Notes: generated by a model not told the origin, from the sequence alone. A stretch of 63,889 bases of DNA, filler included, from an uncultured bacterium (GCA_964609495.1; 10 parts of 10 records of this genome joined end to end with filler, not necessarily neighbours in it), one strand, 5' to 3'; shown: positions 40,142-48,564, counted from the first letter of the whole stretch. Program-made: numbers and translations.

Positions 40142-40427
40142 CTTCCTCAACTCCTTCAGCATCCACTCTGATCTCGATAGGTTGCATAACTGCGTCTAAA
40201 TCCTTCAATTTAAGTCTAACTGCCCTGCCAGCACTCGATTTATAGGCTTTGATCTTTCCTTTTTGAATCCAGCGCCATAGGGTAGTCCTCCCAATATTGA
40301 GATATTTGTAAGATTCGCTAAAATTCAACCATCGTTCTGGAGCTTCTACTCTGCTCTCTAAATTGGATAATCGTTTCTCTAAGGCTGATATCCTATCCTC
40401 AATCCCTTTTATATGATCCATAATCAT
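40131..40427 (-). CDS. excisionase-like HTH_17 DNA-binding protein with N-terminal coiled coil
   Basis: WLNFSESYKYLNIGRTTLWRWIQKGKIKAYK...VRLKLKDLD; stop overlaps the recombinase start. Confidence 0.8.
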   Translation of the reverse strand: MIMDHIKGIEDRISALEKRLSNLESRVEAPERWLNFSESYKYLNIGRTTLWRWIQKGKIKAYKSSAGRAVRLKLKDLDAVMQPIEIRVDAEGVEEDED

Positions 40428-40818
40428 TTTTATCCTCTCCTTTACTTTGATGTTTTCGTCTTATTCTTCCCATCTTAACCTCGATATCCTCTGCAATTGT
40501 ATCATCCTCCCAATCAGGATATACTTCCCTAGCGATCTTATTACCCTTAGCCACGCAATCCTCAAGACTACCTTTAACTATCACTTCATCTTTATTCTCA
40601 ATTATCTCGGTAAGATCAGGATTTTCGGCAAGTAGCTTTTCAGCTAGTCCACCAACCGTTATCTCTAATCTCCTTCTCGTAACTATTCTCTTGTAAAGCT
40701 CATATACATTCTCATCATCAGTTCCTCTTAGAGATAAGCAATAGGCTTCCTTTCGATCTCTCCAAGTAAAGAAGTCTATCTCACCTTTGTCTTTCAGTAG
40801 TTCTCTTCTGATCTCCAT
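40399..40818 (-). CDS. hypothetical protein, 139 aa
   Basis: ATG with RBS AAAGGAGAG; overlaps the next gene. Confidence 0.7.
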   Translation of the reverse strand: MEIRRELLKDKGEIDFFTWRDRKEAYCLSLRGTDDENVYELYKRIVTRRRLEITVGGLAEKLLAENPDLTEIIENKDEVIVKGSLEDCVAKGNKIAREVYPDWEDDTIAEDIEVKMGRIRRKHQSKGEDKNDYGSYKRD

Positions 40819-40839
40819 ATTATCACTCTCCTTTCAGAT

Positions 40840-41145
40840 TTACTTACCATTAGACTCTGATAATCTCTTCTTCTGAGCGAAATATTCTTCAAGGATAAGA
40901 AGCCCTCTCTCAGATTTCCAGCCTCTCTCCTGAAGCTGTGGGATAAGAAGATCAGTATTACAGATATTATTATCTTCAATATGCTTCAGTGCCTCTTCTA
41001 CAGTGGCAAAGTCTGGAGTTATATTAGTTACCTCATAATTCCAATCATACCACTTCCTAGTCTTCTCCGTATCTATATCTACCGAGATATACCAACCCTT
41101 TCCTCGCCACTGATCCCTGTTTTCATACTCTACGATCATATACAT
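40840..41145 (-). CDS. hypothetical protein, 101 aa, Trp/Tyr-rich
   Basis: ATG with RBS AAGGGGGT. Confidence 0.7.
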   Translation of the reverse strand: MYMIVEYENRDQWRGKGWYISVDIDTEKTRKWYDWNYEVTNITPDFATVEEALKHIEDNNICNTDLLIPQLQERGWKSERGLLILEEYFAQKKRLSESNGK

Positions 41146-41214
41146 TTTATTTTACCCCCTTAAAATAAACAGACTAGATTAGGATTAAGGGGGGTTGTTA
41201 CCCCCCCTCAACTT

Positions 41215-41647
41215 TTACTTTTTACCATTCCCACTTGCCATAGCAGGTTCCTTAGCTAATTCCTCAAGCTCGGTAAGAAAAGTTCTCAACTTAGAAATAT
41301 TAAAGAATATTCCTAAGTCAAATTTTCCTCGTAGTGGATGTTCGACATGAGCGAAAATTCTGTCCCCCCAAGCTCGAATTTCGGTCTTAACCCCTCTGGG
41401 AATTTCAAACTCNNNNNNNNNNNNNNNNNNNNNNNNNNNNNNNNNNNNNNNNNNNNNNNNNNNNNNNNNNNNNNNNNNNNNNNNNNNNNNNNNNNNNNNN
41501 NNNNNNNNNNNNATCAACGGGAAGGCTCTTATCTCTACCATTGTCAGTAGCAACCTCTACCTTCACTTCTTCCTTCACTTCAGGCTTTACCTCTACCTTA
41601 GCTTCAGGTTTTTTAGGTTTAGGTGGAGTCCTGACATTCTTACCCAT
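41215..41647 (-). CDS. hypothetical protein, probably one ORF spanning the N-gap 41413-41512
   Basis: Strong RBS AAAGGAGGTGA + ATG at 41647 (MGKNVRTPPKPKKPEAKVEVK...); after the gap EFEIPRGVKTEIRAWGD...NGKK* ends at 41215. Confidence 0.55.
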
Positions 41648-41773
41648 AATATCACCTCCTTTCCTTATCTTTTTATTTGATTTTCAAAGGTCAAATATTT
41701 ATATTATTTATTAACAGTCAACCTTGACTGGTTTAGAGCTAAGGCAAGGTTTAACCGCCTTGCCTTAGCTTAG

Positions 41774-42022
41774 TTACTTACTCTTTTTTGGATGTTCCCT
41801 TCGCTCAGTGTCCAAGTTGACCGAGGCGTCCTTCAGAAGTCGTATAACTTCCACTTCCTCTAACAGTGCAGTACTCTGTTCTAAAATAGCTGTGCAACCC
41901 TTAATAGTCTCCAGTAGCCAACCTTCCCGGTCCTGTTCCCCTTTCCGACACGCTTTATAATACTTGTCTATACAAAACTTAGCGTGCTTAAAATGTTCCT
42001 TCCTTACTTCCTCTAGATTCAC
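41774..42022 (-). CDS. hypothetical protein, 82 aa
   Basis: GTG with RBS AAGGGGGT. Confidence 0.65.
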   Translation of the reverse strand: MNLEEVRKEHFKHAKFCIDKYYKACRKGEQDREGWLLETIKGCTAILEQSTALLEEVEVIRLLKDASVNLDTERREHPKKSK

Positions 42023-42123
42023 TTCTTTTTACCCCCTTAATATAATTTATACTTAATACCTGTTAATACTTTTGGTTAGAGGGGAAGGGAGCTTCCCCTC
42101 CCCTCTAACAGTATCACAACCCC

Positions 42124-42387
42124 CTAACAAGCTAGTGTAACTTCGACTTGGAAGACCTTTTCGAGTATAGTATTTGCAAAGTCAAGCAAATTGTCAATCG
42201 GGGTATTATATAGGTCCCAAGTTTTTCTCACGCTGTCTCTCTTGTCAACCCCTTCGACAAGACCCCCAAGACACTCGTTATATCCCTTCTGCTTTCCCTT
42301 CTCTTGTAACCCCTCTACCAGTAGCTCCACCTCTTTTACACTTAGACCAGACTCAGAAGTTAGTCTTGTGCAAAAAACCTTACTCAT
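42124..42387 (-). CDS. hypothetical protein, 87 aa
   Basis: ATG with RBS AAGGGGGT; first gene after the promoter at 42579-42607. Confidence 0.7.
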   Translation of the reverse strand: MSKVFCTRLTSESGLSVKEVELLVEGLQEKGKQKGYNECLGGLVEGVDKRDSVRKTWDLYNTPIDNLLDFANTILEKVFQVEVTLAC

Positions 42388-42578
42388 TTCCTTACCCCCC
42401 TTCTTTTTCCTTGCAATCGAGAAGGGGTTATGTTAAACTTTATATGGAAGCCTTCTTAACTGCAAGGTTTTCGACTTGCCTTCTGCTAGGTTCTCTCTCA
42501 AGGTTGCCTAGCAGGAGGTTTTATTTTTACCTGCTTTTCAAGGTTCAAATCGTTCTGGTTCTACTATTACTACTCTAT

Positions 42579-42607
42579 ATTATACCACAAAGTTTCAAAA
42601 AAGTCAA
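42579..42607 (-). promoter_or_regulatory. strong promoter of the small-gene operon
   Basis: TTGACT-17nt-TATAAT with extended -10 TG and A-rich UP-like sequence upstream. Confidence 0.75.
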
Positions 42608-42940
42608 GTTTTTTTCTCTTTTTTTAATTATTTTTTTACCTTGCTAAAGTATAGACTATGACTACACTTTCAAATTCTTATGGAAACAGTCAAGTAATAA
42701 ATTTTTAATACTTTTTTCTATTGTTAGGAATTATAGTAAGTAAATATAATATCTTAACTAGGTATATTGCTATAGTATATAATAGTATCAGTTAAGTATA
42801 TTAGTAAGTAATTATGAGTTAATATATATATCATCTTGCCTTAATATATATTATCTTAAAGGGCAAGTTTTTAAGCTGGGGAACTTGAGTCCTGTATTAG
42901 TATTTGGAGAATACCAATATAATATATTTTACATATAAAC

Positions 42941-42969
42941 TAGACAAAAGAGCAGATATTCAGTATAAT
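42941..42969 (+). promoter_or_regulatory. promoter of the FxLYD gene
   Basis: TAGACA-17nt-TATAAT. Confidence 0.6.
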
Positions 42970-43007
42970 AAAGGGCAAGGATAAAGAATTAAGAAAGGAG
43001 GGTTAAA

Positions 43008-43658
43008 ATGAAGAAAGCTATTAAGGTTATCCTGGTGATGTTGATAGCTATTTTTATGGTTAGTGGGCTAGCTGAGGCAAAGGGAGCGATAAAGAAGGTA
43101 AGTTCATTCTTCTATAAGGATTTACTCGGAAATGGCTGGATTGTAGGGGAGATAAAGAATGTTGGGACTATAGCTACTGAGAATAATAAGGTAATAGCTA
43201 CTTTATATGATAGGAATGGTAAAATGATCGGAGTTGAATCATCACATACAGATTTAGATATCCTACTACCTGGGGAAAAATCACCCTTTAATATATTAGT
43301 GGAAGATAATGTGGATAAGGTAAAGAAATTTTCCATCAAGTTATCTGCTGATGCAACTACTGAGAAGCCCCTAAGATCAATTAAGGTTCTTAACAAAAAT
43401 AGCTATATTGGGGAACTTGATGACTTTGTAGTAGTAGGAGAGGTAAAAAACAGAGGGAAGAAAACAGCAAGATTTGTTATGGTTATTCTTATTCTGTATG
43501 ATAGCAGAGGAACGACTGTTGGATGTGATTCTACCTTTGTGGAAATTAGTACCCTTGCACCAGGAGAGACATCCCCATTTGAAATTTCTATAATTCATGA
43601 TGTGCCAGTCAAAAAGGGAAAGAAATATAGAGTGATTACACAAGCAATGTATGATTAA
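43008..43658 (+). CDS. secreted protein with two FxLYD-type Ig-like domains
   Basis: Signal peptide ending AEA; two repeats of (I/V)VGE(I/V)KN.G...LYD..G...G...L.PGE.SPF. Confidence 0.8.
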   Translation: MKKAIKVILVMLIAIFMVSGLAEAKGAIKKVSSFFYKDLLGNGWIVGEIKNVGTIATENNKVIATLYDRNGKMIGVESSHTDLDILLPGEKSPFNILVEDNVDKVKKFSIKLSADATTEKPLRSIKVLNKNSYIGELDDFVVVGEVKNRGKKTARFVMVILILYDSRGTTVGCDSTFVEISTLAPGETSPFEISIIHDVPVKKGKKYRVITQAMYD

Positions 43659-43684
43659 TTGAGATTTAGCTTACAAATGATCAC

Positions 43685-43725
43685 AAACACAAGCAGGTTA
43701 TTTTGTCTGCTTGTGTTTTTATTTT
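43685..43725 (+). terminator. intrinsic terminator
   Basis: Stem AAACACAAGCAG / CTGCTTGTGTTT followed by TTATTTT. Confidence 0.8.
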
Positions 43726-43727
43726 AA

Positions 43728-44078
43728 AAAGATACTATTTATCGCGCCTTAGAGACAATACTTGAGCAAGAGAAAGCAGAGCGAGAGCAGAAAGCATTAG
43801 ATTTATATCTGAGATGTTGGACACAAGAGCAGATAGCCAAGGAACTAGGTGTGGGACAACAAACAATAAGCGAAATTCTTACCAATTTTTCGCAGGTGCA
43901 AAAATCTGGTAAAAGTGATGATTTCAAACCATTTCTCTATAATATCTGGAACTTGCAAAAGCAAGATAATGTAGTAGATACTCACTTTGGGAGCTTCCCC
44001 CAAATCTTTATGGAGAATCTCTTATATTATCATACCCAGGTATTTGATATAGTAAAAGGCAAACTGCTTGTATTTTAA
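43728..44078 (+). pseudogene. relic of an HTH plus N6/N4 DNA-methyltransferase-type phage gene
   Basis: Open frame with no start before the HTH: YLRCWTQEQIAKELGVGQQTISEIL, then YNIWN...HFGSFPQIFMENLLYYHTQVFDIV, stopping just before the expected DPFxGxG motif. Confidence 0.55.
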
Positions 44079-44125
44079 ATACTGACATATACCTGACTAT
44101 AACAGACAGTTTGAGAAGATAATAG

Positions 44126-44155
44126 TTGACTAATCGAGGGGTTTTATGTTATAAT
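44126..44155 (+). promoter_or_regulatory. promoter upstream of the tape-measure-like gene
   Basis: TTGACT-18nt-TATAAT with extended -10 TG. Confidence 0.65.
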
Positions 44156-44224
44156 TAATAGTGAAAGGAGTTTCATTTTAGACTAGAGAAGATAGATTAG
44201 ATTAGCGGAGATGAGACTAGATAA

Positions 44225-45177
44225 ATGCCAGATGACTATGAACTAAGAACAAGTTTAGAAGCGATAGATAAATTCTCTAAGGTAATGGATCAATATCTCC
44301 ATCGTCTTGACGCTATCGAAAAAGCACAGGAGGATTTATATAAAAGTCAGCAGAAGCAAGTTTCCATATCTGATAGAAGTGCTAAATCACTCGATAGACT
44401 TGCTGATACTGCCAACAAATTAGAAAGAGAGCTTAAAGACGTAGATAAACAATCAGTTAGGTTCGGGGGAACGCTAACTGATTTTTCTATTAAATTCGGA
44501 TTAGTCTCTCAAGGTATCTCTCAGGTTTTATATCGAATAAATCAGCTAAAGCAAGGACTTGAAGATGCTATCGCTCCAGCCCTCAAGTATAAGATGACCT
44601 TTATGGAGCTAGAAACTATGGCTGGAGATGTAGCAGGAGAGTTTGAAGGTGTTAAAGATATCATCTCCGAGAATAGAGGAGGGTTATTCTCTGATCAAGA
44701 TATAGCAAATGCTATCGCCTGGGGCAAAAGGCTCGGTGTTACAAATGCAGAGATAAGAGAAATATTACCATCTCTAAGAGACTTAGCTTCAGTATATGGT
44801 GAAGACCTCCAGACTGCGATGTTAGCAGTAGTAAGGGCTGGTAAGCTTGGAGAAGCTGAATTAGCAGAGAGACTTGGTCTTACTTTACGAGCCAATTCGA
44901 TACAGAAGGAATCTTTGGAACTTTATGGTAAGACTGCCGATGCCCTCAGTGCCGAAGAGAAGATGCAGGTGGTCTTGCTCGCAGTTAAGAACCAATCTGC
45001 GAAGCTAAGAGGATTTGAAAATGAGTTGATGGGAACTGCCATTGGTCAGCAGAGACAATTCAATGCTGCGATGGAGAATTACCGAAAGGAATTAGGTGTA
45101 AAATTACTACCCGCATATCTGGACTTACAAGAAGCTCAGATAGAGTTTATGAGAAATATAACAACCGATTGGGCTCC
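44225..45177 (+). CDS. phage tail tape-measure-like protein, N-terminal part (truncated)
   Basis: LEAIDKFSKVM N-terminus, helical Ala/Leu-rich core (LRDLASVYGEDLQTAMLAV...ELAERLGL...KELGVKLLP). Confidence 0.7.
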
Positions 45178-45706
45178 NNNNNNNNNNNNNNNNNNNNNNN
45201 NNNNNNNNNNNNNNNNNNNNNTTAATTAATTAANNNNNNNNNNNNNNNNNNNNNNNNNNNNNNNNNNNNNNNNNNNNCCTTACCTGTAAGAATTATACTA
45301 TAGTCCCAATCTTATGTCAATACCTTTTTGGGAAAAGTAAGGCATGTAAAACCGTGCTAGAGGGTTTTGGGAAGAGGAATTTATATCTTCACCTAACAAT
45401 CTAAAAACTGATAATAGGAACTCATTTCTTTGAAACTACTTGATTGAGACGGTTATCGCCCAGTTCACGGAACGCCTTCATATTCAAGGAATGAAGGTTA
45501 GAAGGCGGTGAAAACTGCCTCAAGTAGCGGCATAAAAAATAAGGTGGAAAAGAGAGAAGAAAAGAGTTAAAATAAGAAGAGAAAATAGGAGTGGGTGAAA
45601 AATTGGAGTTTAAGTAGCTGTTGCATGATCGGCAATTAGGAAGTAATCAGGATGATTCCAAACAGGCTCTGAACATATAATTATAAAATAAAGAGGTGGT
45701 TAAAAG

Positions 45707-47035
45707 GTGCGTGGCAATTGTAAGCAATTAGTATATTCAATAGCTATTAGCATCATCTATGTTTCGTTGGTTATCAGTTGTAATACAAGTCAAGGAAACC
45801 AGATAGACACAACTCCTCCCGCACGACGCGAGTTCATTGATACTACCGATGGCATCCATATCTTCAACGACCAGTTGTTTTGCTGGGATAACGAGGCTTG
45901 GTTCCAGTTTGCCGCAACGCATTATGTTGGGACGCAGAAGCTCACACGTTCGGATGCCGATCGAATGCGCAGTTATAACTCCGATTTTATTATCTTGCAC
46001 TACCGGCTCGGTACTGGTCTGGGCTATCGTGAGATCCAAGGCGATTGCAATCCAAGCGGTGATTGGCTGGAGATCATCGAAGGCGATCAGTGGGTTCGAG
46101 AGTGGCCGGGTGAGGCCAAGATTCAAGACAGTTGGTTCTTCAAATGGAATAGCCAGCGGGTCTTGAACTGCGAGTGGGGCTGGTACCTGACGGAACTGAA
46201 TGATCCTAGCTGGCGCACTTGGTGGCTTGGTGAGGTATTGCGGCAGCTGGCGGCTAACGATAACGATGGGCTATTTGCCGATAGCTTTAGTGTGCCTAAT
46301 TATTTAGGCGGTGCCGATACCTGGGAACCCGATTTGCCAGAAGTTGATAGCAACTTCGAGCAAGCTTGGGCTGAGCGGCTCGAGAATTTCATCGCCTATC
46401 TCAGCGACCAGTTCGCTGGCAACTACTACTTAATCCCCAACATTGGCGCATGGATAACTACTCGTAATCCGACTGACTATTCAGCTGTGGACGGTGTTAT
46501 GATCGAGGGCTTCGGCGGCTGGGGTTGGGGCGATCAGTTCGAGCTAGGGGACTGGCAACTACAGATGAATCGTATGCTCAGCCTGATCAGCCAGGACAAG
46601 ATTATCATAGCCCAGAATTACGTCGATCCGAACGATATTGACGACCGCTTGTTTGTTCTTGGTTGCTATCTTCTGATTAAAGGACGTTATAGCTATATCA
46701 ATATGGACTTTGCTATGGAGCCGGAATGGTTCCCAGAATACGAGATACCCATCGGCAGTTACGTTGGCGGTATTCCCACAGATATAGATTCGCTCTACGA
46801 TGCCAACTGGGATGTTTACAAACGGCAATACACAAATGGACTTGTATTGGTCAACTCTGATACGACCGCCCAGACAGTAGATCTTGGTAGGACCTACTAT
46901 CTAGCTACACCAATCGGTGGCGGTATCATACCAGACGATGGCGATATTTCAGCTTGGACTGTAACTTACCACCCAGTAAATAGCATGACGCTATTAGCTG
47001 GACAATCAGCTATCCTGCTGAATGCAGAGCCATAG
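45707..47035 (+). CDS. secreted/lipoprotein putative glycoside hydrolase (GHL15-like)
   Basis: Lipobox-like LVISC, aromatic-rich, DGLFADS, DGVMIEGF, VYKRQYTNGLVLVN. Confidence 0.55.
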   Translation: MRGNCKQLVYSIAISIIYVSLVISCNTSQGNQIDTTPPARREFIDTTDGIHIFNDQLFCWDNEAWFQFAATHYVGTQKLTRSDADRMRSYNSDFIILHYRLGTGLGYREIQGDCNPSGDWLEIIEGDQWVREWPGEAKIQDSWFFKWNSQRVLNCEWGWYLTELNDPSWRTWWLGEVLRQLAANDNDGLFADSFSVPNYLGGADTWEPDLPEVDSNFEQAWAERLENFIAYLSDQFAGNYYLIPNIGAWITTRNPTDYSAVDGVMIEGFGGWGWGDQFELGDWQLQMNRMLSLISQDKIIIAQNYVDPNDIDDRLFVLGCYLLIKGRYSYINMDFAMEPEWFPEYEIPIGSYVGGIPTDIDSLYDANWDVYKRQYTNGLVLVNSDTTAQTVDLGRTYYLATPIGGGIIPDDGDISAWTVTYHPVNSMTLLAGQSAILLNAEP

Positions 47036-47085
47036 GAGATTTTCGCCTAGAAAGTTACGATAACGAAGTTTGTATTGAGGCTTCG

Positions 47086-48297
47086 CTATTGGTTATTCCG
47101 ATTCTCTTGTCCTATGCTTCTCAGTTTAGGGTTATTGCATTCTATATCTTTACAATCAGGGCAGTTAAGCTCAGATTTCCCTCTCACATCACTACTCGGC
47201 TCGAAGTGGATCACCACCTCTGTCCCCTTCAATTCCTTCTTTATATCATCCTCCAAATGCTCACTCAAACGGTGAGCCTGTTCTAAGTTCGTCCCGGGAA
47301 GAAGAACTAGATGGAAATGCACCTCTTGTTTATTGCCACTAAAGTGAAAATCCAAATCGTGTATCTCCAGAAAGTGCTCTCTGTGATCTGCTAATATTCC
47401 TTTTACCCTATTTTGGAAGTTCTCGATAAATTCATTCGATTCCTTCTCAGCAACGTTCAAGTCGATTCTTACATCTCCTATCTGCGGTACCTCCTGTTCG
47501 ATCTTATCTCTGACCGCCTCAGTTATATCATGTCCTTCCTTCGTAGTAGAAAAGGAATATAATCTCAAATTCATATCCACGAAATATTGAGATCCCATTC
47601 GTCTTCCTTTGATGTAATAGGCATCCTTGACCTCGGGAATTGACATAGCGATATCGTGAATCTTTTGCGTCATCTCTTCACTTAGCCCTCTATCCATCAG
47701 ATCTTGTGTGGCTTCATAGAGTAGTTCAAGGGCTATCTTGAGGATGAAGAGGGAGACAATTCCCGCGGCTATTGGGTCAAGGAAGGTATATCCAAGCTTT
47801 GCTCCGGTTATACCTATCAAGACTCCAATTGAGGAATAAGCGTCGGAGCGATGGTCCCAAGCATTGGCCATGATCGCAGGACTATTAAGCTTTATCCCTA
47901 CCCTGAGGGTATAACGGAATAATATCTCCTTTATCACAATAGAGGATATAGCCCCAAAAAAGGCTATATTGCCAGGCACCCTTTCTATCCCCTCTATTAG
48001 GTTAACAATAGCTTCTCTGAGGATATAAGCGCCAGCTATCAAAAGGACTAATCCCACAAAGGCAGCAGCTAGAGATTCGATTTTGCCATGTCCGTAAGGG
48101 TGAGATTCATCTCTAGGGCGCTTAGCGATCTTCAGGCTTATGAACACCGTGCCAGTAGCTAGAATATCAGATGAGGAATGCGCCGCATCAGCGATTAAAG
48201 CCCCACTTTTTCCCAAGATACCCGCGGTGAATTTGAAGAGGGTTAGTATAACATTAATTATAATTCCATATAGGGTTACTTTCTCTCCTTGTTCCAA
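47086..48297 (-). CDS. cation diffusion facilitator (FieF-like) with a duplicated C-terminal dimerization domain
   Basis: ADAAHSSSD, HPYGHGKIE, AWDHRSD; two ZT_dimer-like domains; CPDCKDIEC tail. Confidence 0.9.
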   Translation of the reverse strand: MEQGEKVTLYGIIINVILTLFKFTAGILGKSGALIADAAHSSSDILATGTVFISLKIAKRPRDESHPYGHGKIESLAAAFVGLVLLIAGAYILREAIVNLIEGIERVPGNIAFFGAISSIVIKEILFRYTLRVGIKLNSPAIMANAWDHRSDAYSSIGVLIGITGAKLGYTFLDPIAAGIVSLFILKIALELLYEATQDLMDRGLSEEMTQKIHDIAMSIPEVKDAYYIKGRRMGSQYFVDMNLRLYSFSTTKEGHDITEAVRDKIEQEVPQIGDVRIDLNVAEKESNEFIENFQNRVKGILADHREHFLEIHDLDFHFSGNKQEVHFHLVLLPGTNLEQAHRLSEHLEDDIKKELKGTEVVIHFEPSSDVRGKSELNCPDCKDIECNNPKLRSIGQENRNNQ

Positions 48298-48396
48298 AAT
48301 GAAGGAACCTCCCTGACATAAGATAGTCTATAAGGTGGGAAAAAACCGACTCCTTTCTGGGTCGGTTTAATAACTTCGGTATATCAATTTATTACA

Positions 48397-48425
48397 ATTA
48401 TAGCTCAAAGTCATCGAGTTGTCAA
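48397..48425 (-). promoter_or_regulatory. promoter of the CDF gene
   Basis: TTGACA-17nt-TATAAT on the minus strand. Confidence 0.75.
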
Positions 48426-48464
48426 GATCAAATTTTTGTTTATATATCTGATCTCCATTTTCAA

Positions 48465-48493
48465 TTGACATCTGAAGTTTTCTATGTTATACT
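48465..48493 (+). promoter_or_regulatory. promoter of the GH106-like gene
   Basis: TTGACA-17nt-TATACT with extended -10 TG. Confidence 0.7.
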
Positions 48494-48564
48494 TGGATTT
48501 AACAAATCGGATTTCTGAGCTTTATTTTCGGATCAGATTTATAGTGAGGAAAGGAGCTTGAATA

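Larger units (their letters stand above)
38892..45177. mobile_element. prophage / integrative-element fragment (whole scaffold)
   Basis: Serine recombinase, two small HTH genes, many small unknown ORFs, tape-measure-like gene, AT-rich, no housekeeping genes. Confidence 0.7.

Noticed and set aside
47086-48297. Magnetosome MamB/MamM
   Set aside because: Generic CDF motifs only; no mam genes on the scaffold.
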